A DNA stretch of 64,000 nucleotides from Lentisphaeria bacterium (lineage in GTDB: Bacteria > Verrucomicrobiota > Lentisphaeria > Victivallales > UBA1829). The notes under the pieces were generated by a model that did not search any database, was not told where the DNA came from, and saw only the letters and a list, made by a program, of their open reading frames with translations. Location of the stretch: positions 31,933 to 95,932 of the forward strand of contig JAFVTF010000009.1 in the NCBI GenBank assembly GCA_017503375.1. The letters are read 5' to 3'. Position numbers and translations under genes: made by a program. Positions 1 through 11,700 of this stretch are shown piece after piece; the first letter of the stretch is position 1, and every line of letters starts with the position of its first letter.

Positions 1-2
1 AA

Positions 3-824
3 TTACGCTTTCCTGTATGCATTGATACTGTCACGAAGATCTTTCGCCGCTTTCCCTGCAGCTTCAGCAAAATCCTCACCTTTGGAAACATAAATGATTC
101 CACGGGAGGAATTGATCATCAAACCATTTCCATTGGAATCAAGACCATTCTTCATAACAGCTGCAATATCTCCGCCCTGAGCACCGATTCCGGGCACCAG
201 AAGAGGCATGTCCCCTGTCACCTTGCGGATCGCACCCAGCTGCTCCGGAAATGTCGCACCGGCAACCAATGCGATATTCTTATTGTAGTTCCAGCTTGTA
301 GAGGCAAGACGGGCCACATGCATAAACATCTCTTCTCCATTTTCAAGCTTGATATCCTGTATTTCCTTCGCGCCGGGATTGGAGGTACGGCAAAGAATGA
401 TTACGCCTTTTTCCGCATGATCCAGAAACGGCTTCAATGCATCCATCCCCATATAGGGATTAACCGTCACTGCATCCCCCTGAAAACGCTCAAATGCTTC
501 TTTGGCATACATGGCAGTGGTGGCGCCGATATCGGCTCTCTTCGCGTCCAGAATCACTGGAATCTCCGGATAGTTCTCTTTGATATACGATATCGTCATC
601 GCCAACTGATCATCTGCATCCTGTCCCGCATAATATGCCGCCTGCGGCTTGTAACAACAAACAAAATCTGCTGTCGCATCAACAATCGCTTTGTTGAATT
701 CAAAAATCGGATATTTTGCTCCCTTGACACAATCCGGCATCTTTGCCAGATCAGGATCAAGACCAACACAAACGAGGGAACCGGATCTCTTCCAGGCAGC
801 CTCAAGTTTTTCCATAAATGTCAT
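3..824 (-). CDS. pyrF: orotidine 5'-phosphate decarboxylase, long (type 2) form
   Basis: 273-aa complete ORF (TAA at 3-5). LVCVGLDPD, ILDAKRADIG, VTVNPYMG and PGIGAQGG motifs match type-2 OMP decarboxylases. Confidence 0.85.
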   Translation of the reverse strand: MTFMEKLEAAWKRSGSLVCVGLDPDLAKMPDCVKGAKYPIFEFNKAIVDATADFVCCYKPQAAYYAGQDADDQLAMTISYIKENYPEIPVILDAKRADIGATTAMYAKEAFERFQGDAVTVNPYMGMDALKPFLDHAEKGVIILCRTSNPGAKEIQDIKLENGEEMFMHVARLASTSWNYNKNIALVAGATFPEQLGAIRKVTGDMPLLVPGIGAQGGDIAAVMKNGLDSNGNGLMINSSRGIIYVSKGEDFAEAAGKAAKDLRDSINAYRKA

Positions 825-841
825 CGTTCGTTTCCTGTATC

Positions 842-1330
842 TTAATTTTTGGTGTTTCTGGATGGTACGATCTGATCAAAATCTTTGGAAAGTTTTTCCA
901 TGCCTTCTACAAGATGCTTGAATTCATCTTCCGGAAAATATTCCGCCATCTTTTCTGATATTCCACAGAAAAATTCATCAAGGACTGCGATCTTGTCATG
1001 GCAGTAATCAGAAAGTCTGATCCGGACTGAACGGCGGTCATCTTCCGCCTGTGTCCGCTGCAAATAACCACGTTTCACCATTGTCTCTACCATTCCGGAT
1101 ACCGCTGCGGGCGTCACATTCAAGGCTTCCGCAAGAGTCTTCAGCATAACCCCTTCCGGGCTTTTTGTCCGGGTTAATCTCTCAACGGTACGAAGCAATC
1201 TCAATTGCTGTACTGTGATATTCCAGGAATTGGAAAATTCTTCGCGTTCTCCGGCCCGGTCTCGCATGTCATCAACAAGCGTAAATAACGCTTTATAAAA
1301 TCTGACGGGTAGCTGATCTGTAGCTGCCAT
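842..1330 (-). CDS. MarR-family transcriptional regulator
   Basis: 162-aa ORF with a winged-HTH core (LKTLAEALNVTPAAVSGMVETMVKRGYLQR...DRRSVRIRLS). Lies directly upstream of pyrF on the same strand. Confidence 0.8.
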   Translation of the reverse strand: MAATDQLPVRFYKALFTLVDDMRDRAGEREEFSNSWNITVQQLRLLRTVERLTRTKSPEGVMLKTLAEALNVTPAAVSGMVETMVKRGYLQRTQAEDDRRSVRIRLSDYCHDKIAVLDEFFCGISEKMAEYFPEDEFKHLVEGMEKLSKDFDQIVPSRNTKN

Positions 1331-1485
1331 TTTTTATGGTTCCTTTCCGACTCCGGCTTGACACCGCACAGAAGCCGCAGACACATGGTTAATAATTAAA
1401 CTAACTTAATATACAGCTACTTCCGAATATTGCAAATAAAATCACTCTTTTTTTCACTTTTATTTCATATTTCAACGAAACCTGT

Positions 1486-1514
1486 TTGAAATTGAAAACG
1501 TTTGCTAATATATT
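1486..1514 (+). promoter_or_regulatory. sigma70-like promoter, TTGAAA-N17-TATATT
   Basis: TTGAAA at 1486-1491 and TATATT at 1509-1514, about 33 nt upstream of the ATG at 1547. The same consensus recurs upstream of several other genes in this window. Confidence 0.45.
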
Positions 1515-1546
1515 ATCCGCATCTTTCATTTTAACCCTGGAGATAT

Positions 1547-2287
1547 ATGAAAAATTTTTTTTCACTGCTTATCCTGCTTGGAGGTATTTTTACTATGACA
1601 GCATCCGGAGGAACTCTTTGTCTGACATTCGATGACCACTATCTTGAAAACTGGATAAAAGCAATCCCGCTTTTCAAGAAATATAACGCAAAAGCAACTT
1701 TTTTTGTCTGTGGAGAAGTCGACTCTAAGGTTATTGCCTCTATGAAAACACTGCAGGATGCAGGCCACACCATAGGACTGCATGGCATAAACCATGCAAA
1801 GTCTGTCGATTATGTGCAAAAAAACGGTCCCGTTGAATTTATGAAAAATGAAATCATTCCCCAGCTGGAAATTTGCCGGAAAAACGGAATCAAAATCCGT
1901 GCATTTGCCTATCCGAACAGTCAGAGATCTCATGAAACAGATAACGAATTGTTCAAGGAATTTGATTTTCTGCGTACAAGCTGGGCCGAAATCAGAAAAA
2001 AAGATATCCCCGTCGCAGATACCAACGGATGCTTTATCAAAAAAATCTCCGCAAAACAGCTCTTTTACGGTTTCCCCAGTAGCGGAAATTTCAATATGGA
2101 AGAAGTAAAAGCCGCTATGAAACGTGCTGCGGAAGAAAACTCTGTGCTTGTTCTCTATGCTCACAATATCACAGAAGAAATCCCGCCAAGCCACCACATT
2201 GCGGTATCTCAGCTGACCCAGCTGCTTGAATATGCAAAAACACTCAAATTATCCATCAAAGGATTCAACGAATTAGGCACTAACTAA
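1547..2287 (+). CDS. secreted polysaccharide deacetylase (NodB-homology domain)
   Basis: 246 aa with an N-terminal hydrophobic signal (FFSLLILLGGIFTMTASG). Carries LTFDDH, ATFFV and GLHGINHA motifs of the carbohydrate esterase 4/NodB fold. Confidence 0.7.
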   Translation: MKNFFSLLILLGGIFTMTASGGTLCLTFDDHYLENWIKAIPLFKKYNAKATFFVCGEVDSKVIASMKTLQDAGHTIGLHGINHAKSVDYVQKNGPVEFMKNEIIPQLEICRKNGIKIRAFAYPNSQRSHETDNELFKEFDFLRTSWAEIRKKDIPVADTNGCFIKKISAKQLFYGFPSSGNFNMEEVKAAMKRAAEENSVLVLYAHNITEEIPPSHHIAVSQLTQLLEYAKTLKLSIKGFNELGTN

Positions 2288-2392
2288 AAAAAACTCCGTA
2301 CACTCTGTACACTCCGTTATCTCCGTACAAAAACACCGGTTATAAGCAAGTTATCCCCCCCATTACCAACCATCCAAAGCCGGAAACAAGCC

Positions 2393-2429
2393 AAAAAAAA
2401 ACCGACCGCTCTTTGAGGAGCGATCGGTT
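2393..2429 (-). terminator. rho-independent terminator ending the ribosomal supercluster after rpsS
   Basis: On the minus strand: ACCGATCGCTC-ctcaaa-GAGCGGTCGGT followed by a T9 run. It starts 17 nt after the rpsS stop codon. Confidence 0.75.
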
Positions 2430-2445
2430 GTAAAAGAACAACTGA

Positions 2446-2721
2446 TTAAGCGTTCTTTCCGGAGATAACACCGTGGCCCTTGAATGTACGGGTCACAGAG
2501 AATTCGCCGAGCTTGTGTCCAACCATGTTTTCGGTAACGAAGACAGGGATGAACTGCTTTCCGTTGTGCACATGGAAAGTGTGGCCGACAAAATCCGGAA
2601 TCACCATGGAACGGCGAGACCAGGTTTTGATCGGTGCCTTTTTGCCGGACTCGTTCATTCTCTCGATCTTTTCGATCAGATGATAGTCTACGAAAGGTCC
2701 TTTCTTGAGAGATCTGGCCAT
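2446..2721 (-). CDS. rpsS: 30S ribosomal protein S19
   Basis: 91 aa, [12 protein letters not shown]...[23 protein letters not shown]. The start overlaps the rplB stop (TAATG). Confidence 0.97.
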   Translation of the reverse strand: MARSLKKGPFVDYHLIEKIERMNESGKKAPIKTWSRRSMVIPDFVGHTFHVHNGKQFIPVFVTENMVGHKLGEFSVTRTFKGHGVISGKNA

Positions 2722-3545
2722 TATTTCTTCCTCCGTTCAACAATGAAACGTTTGCTGTTCTTACGCGGGCAACGGGTCTTCTTGCCTTTGGCGAGCTGAC
2801 CCCACGGGGAGACAGGATGTCCACCACCGGAGCTTCTTCCTTCACCACCACCCATCGGATGGTCGACAGGGTTCTGAACAACACCGCGGACGTGGGGACG
2901 GAAACCGAGGTAGCGTTTCTTACCGGCTTTACCGAGAGAAACGTTCATATGGTCTGCGTTACCGACTTTTCCGATGGTTGCACGGCAATCAAGGTGAACC
3001 AGGCGGACTTCACCGCTGGGGAGCTTGACCTGTGCATAGTTGCCGTCTTTCGCACGGAGAACTGCAACCTGACCGGCGGAACGGACCATCTTGGCACCCT
3101 TGCCGGGTTCCAATTCGATGTTGTGGATTTCCAGACCGACAGGAATATTGCGGATCTTCATGCTGTTGCCGTTCTTGGGTTCGCAAGCATCACCAGCCTG
3201 AACCTTGTCGCCGACTTTCAGTCCATCCGGAGCCAGAATGTAGCTCTTGGAACCATCTTCGTAAGCGAGCAGAGCGATGAATGCACTGCGGTTCGGGTCG
3301 TATTCGAGGCTCTGAACAACTGCGGGCAGAGTGCATCTGCGGGCAAAGTCAATAGCACGGTAACGGCGTTTGTTTCCAGCACCGCGGAAACGGACAGTGA
3401 TACGACCGGCATTGTTACGTCCGCCGGAGGATTTGATCCCTTTGGTCAGGCTCTTCTTGGGAGCCTTCGCGGTGAGTTCTGAATAATCGAGAACCGTAAC
3501 ATATCTGCGGCTCTTCGTAAACGGTTTGTATGATTTGATAGGCAT
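2721..3545 (-). CDS. rplB: 50S ribosomal protein L2
   Basis: [14 protein letters not shown]...[18 protein letters not shown]. The track ORF extends 6 codons further upstream to 3563, but the canonical L2 N-terminus begins at 3545. Confidence 0.95.
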   Translation of the reverse strand: MPIKSYKPFTKSRRYVTVLDYSELTAKAPKKSLTKGIKSSGGRNNAGRITVRFRGAGNKRRYRAIDFARRCTLPAVVQSLEYDPNRSAFIALLAYEDGSKSYILAPDGLKVGDKVQAGDACEPKNGNSMKIRNIPVGLEIHNIELEPGKGAKMVRSAGQVAVLRAKDGNYAQVKLPSGEVRLVHLDCRATIGKVGNADHMNVSLGKAGKKRYLGFRPHVRGVVQNPVDHPMGGGEGRSSGGGHPVSPWGQLAKGKKTRCPRKNSKRFIVERRKK

Positions 3546-3559
3546 GTCTATTCCTCTCC

Positions 3560-3859
3560 TCAAGCAAGCTCAATGGTGCCTTCAGCAAGGGTGACGATGG
3601 CTTTCTTCCAGTCAGCTCTTTTGCCGACGATGGGAGAACGGCCAACGCGTTTCTTCTTACCGAGACAGTTGATGATGTTGACGGATGCGACCTTCACGCC
3701 ATAGATTTCTGTGATTGCAGCTGCAATCTGGAACTTTGTGGCCTTCGGATCAACCTTGAACGCGTACTGATTTGCTTCTTTCAGCAGTGCGCTCTTCTCC
3801 GTGACGAGGATATTGCGGATGATATCGTATGAATTCATATTCTTCTTCCCCTTCCTCAT
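3560..3859 (-). CDS. rplW: 50S ribosomal protein L23
   Basis: L23-like sequence ([13 protein letters not shown]...KKAIVTL). The ATG at 3859 overlaps the rplD stop (ATGA). An alternative start exists at 3838. Confidence 0.9.
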   Translation of the reverse strand: MRKGKKNMNSYDIIRNILVTEKSALLKEANQYAFKVDPKATKFQIAAAITEIYGVKVASVNIINCLGKKKRVGRSPIVGKRADWKKAIVTLAEGTIELA

Positions 3860-4497
3860 GCAAGACGTTTGACAAATTCGTCAAGAGCATCTTTTGTGAA
3901 GAGCAGCTTGTCGAAGTAAAGGACCTGATATGTATTGATGGTGGAAGCCTTCATCAAGAATGCCTTGGCAAGGTTGCCGGTAGCCTTGATGATCTTTTCA
4001 TCATCATACTCAGCGACGGAGATCATCACTTTAGCCTTGTCTGCATTCAGAGCCTTGAGCACTGCAACAGCACTCTTGGTCTTGCAGTCAGCCAATGTGA
4101 ACTGATCAACAATAATGAGATTGCCTTCCTGAACTTTGTCAGAGAAGGAACGCTTCAGAGCCAGTTTGCGAACCTTTGCGTTCAGCTTCATGGAGTAATC
4201 ACGGGGTTTGGGACCGAATGCTACGCCACCATGACGCCAGACGGGGTTTCTTGTGCTGCCGGCACGTGCACGTCCAAGACCTTTCTGCTTGAACGGTTTC
4301 TTTCCGGAGCCGCTGACTTCTGCGCGGGTTTTGGTGCAAGCAGTTCCAGCACGGACTTCTGCCAGGAAGCCAACTACGGCATCATGGACAGCCTGCGCAC
4401 CCTTGTCGAATTCAAGGCAGGAATCATCGAGAATGTATTCCCCGACTTTTTCGCCCTTGACGTTGACGATGTCAATATTTCTGGACATATAATTCAC
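3856..4497 (-). CDS. rplD: 50S ribosomal protein L4
   Basis: 213 aa with KPFKQKGLGRARAGSTRNPVWRHGGVAFGPKPRDY. Alternative start at 4488. Confidence 0.95.
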   Translation of the reverse strand: MNYMSRNIDIVNVKGEKVGEYILDDSCLEFDKGAQAVHDAVVGFLAEVRAGTACTKTRAEVSGSGKKPFKQKGLGRARAGSTRNPVWRHGGVAFGPKPRDYSMKLNAKVRKLALKRSFSDKVQEGNLIIVDQFTLADCKTKSAVAVLKALNADKAKVMISVAEYDDEKIIKATGNLAKAFLMKASTINTYQVLYFDKLLFTKDALDEFVKRLA

Positions 4498-4527
4498 CTG
4501 TTTCTTTTCTGTTAGGGTTACGCGCCG

Positions 4528-5163
4528 TTAACGCTTGATCGCCTTCTTAACGAACAATGTTCCGCCGTTGGGTCCCGGCACTGCGCCTCTCACGAAAAGC
4601 AGATTGTCCTCAACAGAAACGTCCACCAATTTGAGATTCTGAACAGTTCTGGAGGCATTGCCCAACTGACCTGCCATGGGTTTGCCCTTCACAATGTTAC
4701 CCGGGCTTTCACGGCAACCGATTGAACCCGGCTTCCGGTGCCAACCGCCACCATGTCCGTCACGTCCGCCTTTGAAATGATGGCGAACCATAACACCATT
4801 GTAGCCTTTTCCTTTTGTGACGCCGGTAATGTCAAGGAATTCATCCTTGGCAAAAATGTCAGCCTTCACAACAGATCCGATTTCAGGAACAGCTTCGCCT
4901 TCGCAGAGACGGAACTCTTTGATGACTTCCGGCGGATTGTCCTGGAGACCTGCCTTTGCAACAGATCCTTTCACAGCCTTGCTCACATTTTTAGCTTTTC
5001 TGGAGCCAAAGCCATACTGAACGGATGCATAACCATCACGTTCGATCGTCTTGACATCAAGAACAACGCAGGGACCAGCCTGAATCACCGTAACCGGGAT
5101 CAGAACACCCTTTTCGTCGTAGACCTGTGTCATTCCGACTTTCTTTCCGATAATACCTTTCAT
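4528..5163 (-). CDS. rplC: 50S ribosomal protein L3
   Basis: Canonical N-terminus MKGIIGKKVGMTQVYDEKG at 5163. The track ORF to 5232 adds 23 non-conserved residues. Confidence 0.95.
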   Translation of the reverse strand: MKGIIGKKVGMTQVYDEKGVLIPVTVIQAGPCVVLDVKTIERDGYASVQYGFGSRKAKNVSKAVKGSVAKAGLQDNPPEVIKEFRLCEGEAVPEIGSVVKADIFAKDEFLDITGVTKGKGYNGVMVRHHFKGGRDGHGGGWHRKPGSIGCRESPGNIVKGKPMAGQLGNASRTVQNLKLVDVSVEDNLLFVRGAVPGPNGGTLFVKKAIKR

Positions 5164-5252
5164 AGTACTCCTTACTGGCACATACCCTCGGATAAAGGCA
5201 TTGGTGCCGTTAGGGATCCTCCGCGGCAACACAGAGAATCCCGTTTATAAGC

Positions 5253-5276
5253 TCAGGCATCAACCTTGATGCCTGA
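5253..5276. promoter_or_regulatory. perfect 11-bp-stem palindromic hairpin between rpsJ and rplC
   Basis: TCAGGCATCAA-cc-TTGATGCCTGA, read directly in the 123-nt rpsJ-rplC spacer. Confidence 0.5.
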
Positions 5277-5286
5277 TATTGTTTTT

Positions 5287-5619
5287 TCAGCCAATCTTGA
5301 TGGAAATGTCAACACCGGCAGGAAGATTCAGCTTCTTCAGTTCATCAACTGTCTTCGCAGTGGGATTGATGATGTCCATCAATCTCTTGTGTGTCCGCAT
5401 TTCAAACTGATCCATGGACTTCTTGTCAACATGGGGTGAACGGTTCACGGTAAAACGTTCAATTCTTGTCGGAAGCGGAATCGGTCCGGCAACAACAGAA
5501 CCGGTGCGTCTGGCTGTGTTGAGGATTTCCGCGACAGACTGATCAAGCAGTCTGTGTTCGTACGCCTGCAGTTTGATACGGATCTTCTGCTGAGGCTTGG
5601 AAGCTGTTTTTGCGCTCAT
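5287..5619 (-). CDS. rpsJ: 30S ribosomal protein S10
   Basis: 110 aa, [16 protein letters not shown]...[21 protein letters not shown]. The ATG overlaps the fusA stop (ATGA). Confidence 0.97.
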   Translation of the reverse strand: MSAKTASKPQQKIRIKLQAYEHRLLDQSVAEILNTARRTGSVVAGPIPLPTRIERFTVNRSPHVDKKSMDQFEMRTHKRLMDIINPTAKTVDELKKLNLPAGVDISIKIG

Positions 5620-7733
5620 TTCTTTGTATTCTCCACAATTTTTTCTTGAATGTTAGCGGGGACTCGTTCAAAGGAATCCGGTTCCATTGTATAGGATGCA
5701 CGGCCTTTGGAAAGGGAACGGATTGCAGTTGCATATCCGAACATTTCGGAAAGCGGGGTGTTCGCAAGAACACGGGAGGCATTTGCATTGGAGGAGTCAA
5801 GCTCGGCAATGGTTCCACGGCGGCTTGTAATGTCTCCGATGATTTCACCCATGTTTTCTTCCGGTGTGGTAACTTCAACCTTCATAATCGGTTCGAGAAG
5901 CATGATGCCGGCTTTCTTGGCGGCTTCTTTCAGACCCATGGAACCGGCAATCTTAAATGCCATTTCAGAGGAGTCAACCGGATGGAAGGATCCGTCAATA
6001 ATATCAACATTGAAGTCGATCAGAGGATAACCTGCGAGAACACCTGTCTGTGCAGCTTCGCGGATACCGTTTTCGATCGGCTTGATGAATTCCTTCGGAA
6101 TCGCACCGCCAACAATCTTGTTGACGATTGTGATACCATGTCCGCGTTCCATCGGAGTAACTGTGAGAACACAGTGACCGTACTGACCGCGTCCACCGGA
6201 CTGACGGACAAATTTGGAATCCTGAGTAACTTCCTTGAGAAGTGCTTCGCGGTAGGCAACTTCCGGTTTACCTGTGTTGGCTTCGACCTTGAATTCACGT
6301 TTCAAACGGTCAACAATGATTTCCAAGTGAAGTTCACCCATACCGGCAATGATTGTTTGTCCGGTTTCCTGGTTACTGGAAACAGTAAAGGTCGGGTCTT
6401 CTTCTGCCAGAGAGATCAAGGCTGCAGAGAGCTTATCTCTGTCTGCTGTGGTTGAAGGTTCAACAGCGATTGAAATAACAGGTTCCGGGAACGTCATGGA
6501 TTCCAGACAGATCGGAAGCTTTTCGTCGCAAAGGGTATCACCGGTAACAACATTCTTGAAACCAACAGCTGCAGCGATATCACCGCAGAAAATTTCATCA
6601 CGTTCTTCACGGGAGTTTGCGTGCATCTGAAGCAGACGGCCGAAACGTTCGGTTTTGCCGGTACGGGGGTTGTAAGCGGTCATACCGCGAACTGCTGTAC
6701 CGGAGTAAATACGGAAGAAGTAAAGTTTTCCAACGAACGGGTCGGTAGCGACCTTGAATGCAAGAGCGGAGAACGGTTCATCATCACCGCAATGACGTGA
6801 ATCGGGTTCATTGGTATCGGGATTGACACCTTTTGTTTCCCAGATATCAACGGGAGAGGGAAGATAATCAGTAACACCGTTCAGGAGAGGCTGAACACCT
6901 TTGTTCTTGAATGCGGTTCCGCAGAAAACAGGAACAATGTGACCGGCGATAACGCTCTTACGGATTGCTTTGCGGAGGTCTTCCTTTTCGGGCAGTTCGC
7001 CTTCGAGGAATGCCATCATGATGTCTTCGTCATCATCGGCAACAGCTTCAACAGCGTTGCTGTAAGCTTCTTTTGCCATATCGACGAGATCTTCCGGAAT
7101 GGGGACTTCGGTAACTTTATTACCATTGTCGCCAAGGAAGTGATATGCTTTCTGTTCAACGACGTCAACGATTCCGAGGAAGTCGGCTTCTTTTCCGATG
7201 GGAAGAGCCAGAGGAACTGCGTTGACACCGATTTTCTTTTTCATGTCAGCGACGACTTTGTAGAAATCGGCACCTGTACGGTCCATCTTATTGACGAACG
7301 CGATACAGGGGACATTGTATTTCTTAGCCTGTCTCCATACTGTTTCAGACTGAGGCTGAACACCGCCCACAGAGCAGAAAACACCGACTGCTCCGTCGAG
7401 AACGCGCAGAGAACGTTCCACTTCAGCAGTGAAGTCAACGTGCCCCGGGGTATCGATCAAGTTGATTCTGTGTTTTGTATCAAAACGATGCCAGAAGCAG
7501 GTTGTAGCAGCAGAAGTAATGGTAATACCGCGTTCCTGTTCCTGGACCATCCAGTCCATTGTTGCGGCGCCTTCATGAGTTTCGCCGATCTTGTGATTGA
7601 TGCCGGTGTAATAAAGGATTCGTTCGGAAAGTGTAGTTTTTCCGGCGTCAATGTGAGCCATAATACCGATGTTACGCACATTGGCAAGTGCAGCCTGGCG
7701 TTTCGGAGACTCTGTGTACTTGTGTTCAGTCAT
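5616..7733 (-). CDS. fusA: elongation factor G
   Basis: 705 aa with [25 protein letters not shown] and DTPGHVDF. Confidence 0.98.
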   Translation of the reverse strand: MTEHKYTESPKRQAALANVRNIGIMAHIDAGKTTLSERILYYTGINHKIGETHEGAATMDWMVQEQERGITITSAATTCFWHRFDTKHRINLIDTPGHVDFTAEVERSLRVLDGAVGVFCSVGGVQPQSETVWRQAKKYNVPCIAFVNKMDRTGADFYKVVADMKKKIGVNAVPLALPIGKEADFLGIVDVVEQKAYHFLGDNGNKVTEVPIPEDLVDMAKEAYSNAVEAVADDDEDIMMAFLEGELPEKEDLRKAIRKSVIAGHIVPVFCGTAFKNKGVQPLLNGVTDYLPSPVDIWETKGVNPDTNEPDSRHCGDDEPFSALAFKVATDPFVGKLYFFRIYSGTAVRGMTAYNPRTGKTERFGRLLQMHANSREERDEIFCGDIAAAVGFKNVVTGDTLCDEKLPICLESMTFPEPVISIAVEPSTTADRDKLSAALISLAEEDPTFTVSSNQETGQTIIAGMGELHLEIIVDRLKREFKVEANTGKPEVAYREALLKEVTQDSKFVRQSGGRGQYGHCVLTVTPMERGHGITIVNKIVGGAIPKEFIKPIENGIREAAQTGVLAGYPLIDFNVDIIDGSFHPVDSSEMAFKIAGSMGLKEAAKKAGIMLLEPIMKVEVTTPEENMGEIIGDITSRRGTIAELDSSNANASRVLANTPLSEMFGYATAIRSLSKGRASYTMEPDSFERVPANIQEKIVENTKK

Positions 7734-7770
7734 AATTCAGTCTTTCAATGAGCATGGGTTATTTTGCCGA

Positions 7771-8241
7771 TTACCAGCGGTAATGAGCAAAAGCTTTGTT
7801 GGCTTGCGCCATCTTGTAGGTATCTTCTTTCTTCTTTACAGATGCGCCCTGGTTTTCAAAAGCGTCAAGCAGTTCACTGGAAAGTGCATCTGCCATGGAA
7901 CGGCCTTTCTTAGCCTGAGAATAGGTTGCGATCCAGCGCATAGCCAAAGCGACCTGGCGTTCTGCGGGAACGTCAACAGGAACCTGGTAGGTAGCACCAC
8001 CAACGCGGCGGCTCTTAACTTCCAGTTTGGGTTTGATATTTTCCACAGCCTGAAGGAAAACTTCCAGGGGTTCCATATCTTTTTTCTTTTCTTTGATCAC
8101 GTCAAAAGCGCTGTAAACGATTTTCTGAGCGACGGACTTTTTACCGTTGCGCATGATGGTATTGATCAGGCGGGCAACGAGTTCGCTGTTATACTTGACG
8201 TCCGGCGTCATTTCTCTTTTGGTAATTCTGCGTCTTCTCAT
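7771..8241 (-). CDS. rpsG: 30S ribosomal protein S7
   Basis: 156 aa, PDVKYNSELVARLIN...ANKAFAHYRW. Confidence 0.97.
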   Translation of the reverse strand: MRRRRITKREMTPDVKYNSELVARLINTIMRNGKKSVAQKIVYSAFDVIKEKKKDMEPLEVFLQAVENIKPKLEVKSRRVGGATYQVPVDVPAERQVALAMRWIATYSQAKKGRSMADALSSELLDAFENQGASVKKKEDTYKMAQANKAFAHYRW

Positions 8242-8254
8242 AAGTTATCCTTCC

Positions 8255-8653
8255 TTATTTCTTCTTGCCGGCAGCATCGCCTGCCTTCGGAGTCTTGGCA
8301 CCGTATTTGGAACGGCTCTGTTTACGATCAGCAACGCCAAGGCTGTCGAGAGCACCGCGGACGACATGATAGCGGACACCGGGAAGGTCTCTTACACGAC
8401 CGCCCTTGATGAGAACAACAGAGTGTTCCTGAAGGTTGTGACCTTCGCCGCCGATGTAAGCGGTAACTTCCTGACCATTGGTCAGACGGACTTTACAGAT
8501 TTTACGGATAGCGGAGTTCGGCTTCTTCGGTGTCTTGGTTGTAACCTGAAGACAAACGCCACGTCTCTGCGGGCAACGGTCAAGAGCTTTGGATTTGCTC
8601 TTCTTAACTTTCGGGCTGCGGCCCGCTTTTACAAGCTGGTTGATTGTGGGCAT
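8255..8653 (-). CDS. rpsL: 30S ribosomal protein S12
   Basis: [12 protein letters not shown]...[11 protein letters not shown]...[16 protein letters not shown]. Confidence 0.98.
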   Translation of the reverse strand: MPTINQLVKAGRSPKVKKSKSKALDRCPQRRGVCLQVTTKTPKKPNSAIRKICKVRLTNGQEVTAYIGGEGHNLQEHSVVLIKGGRVRDLPGVRYHVVRGALDSLGVADRKQSRSKYGAKTPKAGDAAGKKK

Positions 8654-8704
8654 ATTCTTTCCTTTAATGTCCTTTAATTACGTTTGAAACTGCATACAGG
8701 CGTT

Positions 8705-8733
8705 TAAAATAACACCAAAGTGTGCAGTTTTCA
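8705..8733 (-). promoter_or_regulatory. sigma70-like promoter upstream of rpsL
   Basis: The minus strand reads TTGAAA-N17-TATTTT, about 50 nt upstream of the rpsL ATG. Confidence 0.4.
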
Positions 8734-8788
8734 AGCGCAATTTTAATTTTTTTTCGTTTTTTTTATTTTATCGCGGCCAAAGAACGCG

Positions 8789-11700
8789 TTATTCTTCCTC
8801 ATTTGCCTCATCAATGGAGCTGCGGAGATCGTCTGAAAGACCCATTTCGCTTTCGTCAAAAATGGTATCTCCGAACATTTCATCGAGTTCTGAAGCAGTT
8901 TCATCATCAGCTATCACGTTTTCTTCCGCATCTTCATCCTGTTCCGGGAACTCTACAGGAATTTCTTCCCCGAGTTTTTCGGGATACATAGCCTGATAAC
9001 GGGCAGTACCTGTACCGGCAGGAATCAGATGACCGGTGATAACGTTTTCCTTGAATCCTCTCAGCCAGTCCGTCTTGCCGAGTGTGGCAGCATCTGTCAG
9101 AATACGGGTCGTATCCTGGAAGGATGCGGACGAAATGAAGCTTTCGGTTTCAAGAGAAGCCTTTGTGATACCGAGCAGGACAGGTTCGCCTTCTGCGGGA
9201 GTACCGCCGTTGGCGCGTGCCTTTTCGTTTTCACGCTGGAAGTCATATTTATCAACCTGTTCCCCTTCGAGGAACGGCGTGCTTCCCTGCTTCGTGATCA
9301 CAATCTTCTGCATCATCTGACGGATAATGATTTCAATGTGTTTGTCATTGATTTCCACACCCTGAGAACGGTACACTGTCTGAACTTCGTTAACCAGATA
9401 GCGCTGAAGCTCCTGAGGTCCGCAGACTTCGAGAATCATGCTGGGAACAATAGATCCGCCTGTAAGCTTTGCGCCCTTCCGGACATAATCGCCTTTGGAA
9501 ACAAACAGATGCTTGTTCAGCTGGATGCTGTGTTCTTCAAACTCATTGGTATCCGGATCGCGGATGATCAGCTGACGGCGGCTTCTCTGAACCTTGCCGA
9601 ATTCAACAAAACCATTGATACGGGCAATATCAGCAACTTCTTTCGGTGTACGTGCTTCAAAGAGTTCGGATACTCGCGGAAGCCCCCCGGTAATATCCTT
9701 GTTCTTCAACTGCTGACGCGGTACACGTGCAAGAACCATACCTTTATTGACCTTCTGATCCTTCTTCGCAATAACGAATGCTTCTGCCGGAAGAGGATAG
9801 TAGGAAAGAACATTTCCTTCCGCATCTTTCAGAATAATCTGAGGATGCAGGTCTTCACGGTGAGGCATAACGGTAAGTTCTTCGTTACCGCCGCGGACAG
9901 CACGGTTCAAGGTTACGTTTTCAATCAAATCTTTCCATTCAACGTATCCGCCATCTTCAGCAATGATCGGAAGGTGAGAAGAATCCCAAACAGCGATCAG
10001 CTCGCCTTTCTTGACCTTTGCATTGTCTTTCTTGTGAAGAATCGCACCGACTTCTGCAGTGTAACGTTCAATTTCACATTCTTTGATGGCATCCTGAAGG
10101 AAATCATAACTTTCATTGTAGAAAGCTCCGATAATTTCAGCTTCTTTGCGGGCACGTTCCTGTGCTTTTGCCGCAATAGCCTGAGCCTTTTCAGCATCAT
10201 AGATCACGATATAACCGTTCTTACTGACAATAACCGTTTCACCTTTTGAGTTTTCAACGGTACGGATATTTTCGTAACGGACAGTTCCGTCATCTTTCGC
10301 CGTAATTTCAGGTTTCTGGTATTTGGAAACAGCTGTACCACCGATGTGGAAGGTACGCATTGTAAGCTGAGTACCGGGTTCCCCGATGGACTGAGCAGCA
10401 ATGATACCGAGAGCGTCACCGATTTCTGCCATCTTGTCTGTTGCAAGGTTTCTTCCGTAGCACTTGACACAAACACCATGTTCAACATCGCAAGTCAGAA
10501 CAGAACGGATCAATACACGCTGAATATTCCGTTTTTCCACCAGTTCGGCCAGTTCCGGAGTGAACTCTTCGCCGGCTTTCACAAGGAGACGTCCGTCATC
10601 ATAGATGGGGTCACGGATATCCTGTGCAGAACAACGGCCGATCAAACGGTCCTTCAAAGGAAGCATGACCTGGTCACCTTCCACAATTGCACTGATCCAG
10701 ATACCTTTCATGGTTCCGCAATCTTCACAACGGCAGATGATATCCTGAGCAACGTCAACAAGCTTACGGGTCATGTAACCGGAGTCAGCTGTCTTCAATG
10801 CGGTATCTGCCAAACCTTTACGGGCACCGTGGGTACTGATGAAGTATTCCTGCACTGTCAAACCTTCACGGAAGTTTGACAGAATCGGACGTTCGATAAT
10901 ATCACCGGAGGGTTTTGCCATCAAACCGCGCATACCTGCCAGCTGACGGATCTGGTCCTTACTTCCTCGGGCTCCGGAATCCAACATTGCATAAACAGGG
11001 TTGATTTCCTTGCGGCTGACATGTTCAAGTTCGCGGAACAGAGCTTCTGCCACAGCATTACTGGTCTTTGTCCAGGAGTCAATGATGTTGTGATAACGTT
11101 CACCATTGGTGATAACACCCTTGCCGAACTGTTCGTTAAGCTTGTCAATTTCACCGCGGGTTTCAGAAATAAGCTCATTCTTCTTGGCGGGAACAACCAT
11201 GTCAGCAATAGAGATGGACAGTCCGGAACGGGTTGCATATTTATATCCCAGAGCTTTCAGACGGTCAAGCTGTTCAACAGTTGCCATATGACCAATGCAT
11301 TTGTATGCATTTGCAATCAGCTTTCCAAGATTTTTCTTCTTTGCAACATCATTGAAGAAACCGAGTCTCTTATCCCAGATGCTGTTGAAAATACAGCGGC
11401 CGGCAGTGGTAAGCAGGAATTTATCCTTGGAATTCCCGTGAACAGTTTCCACTCCGTAGTCGGGGTTGGGAATACGGATTGCATCATGAATCTTGATATG
11501 TCCGAGATCAAGAGCAAAGAGAACTTCGTTCAAATCACGGAAGGCACGGGCCTTTTCCGGATTCTGCGGTTCACTGGTCAAATAATAAGAACCAAGAGTA
11601 ATATCCTGGGTCGGTGTCATAATCGGCTTACCGTTTGCAGGTGAGAAGATGTTGTTGGTTGCAAGCATCAGCAGCTTGCATTCCAGCTGAGCAGCTCCGG

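Noticed and set aside
2294-2329. Checked the 9-nt tandem units and the other repeats as a possible CRISPR array
   Set aside because: The units are contiguous without spacers and far too short. No repeat-spacer periodicity or cas genes occur anywhere in the window.
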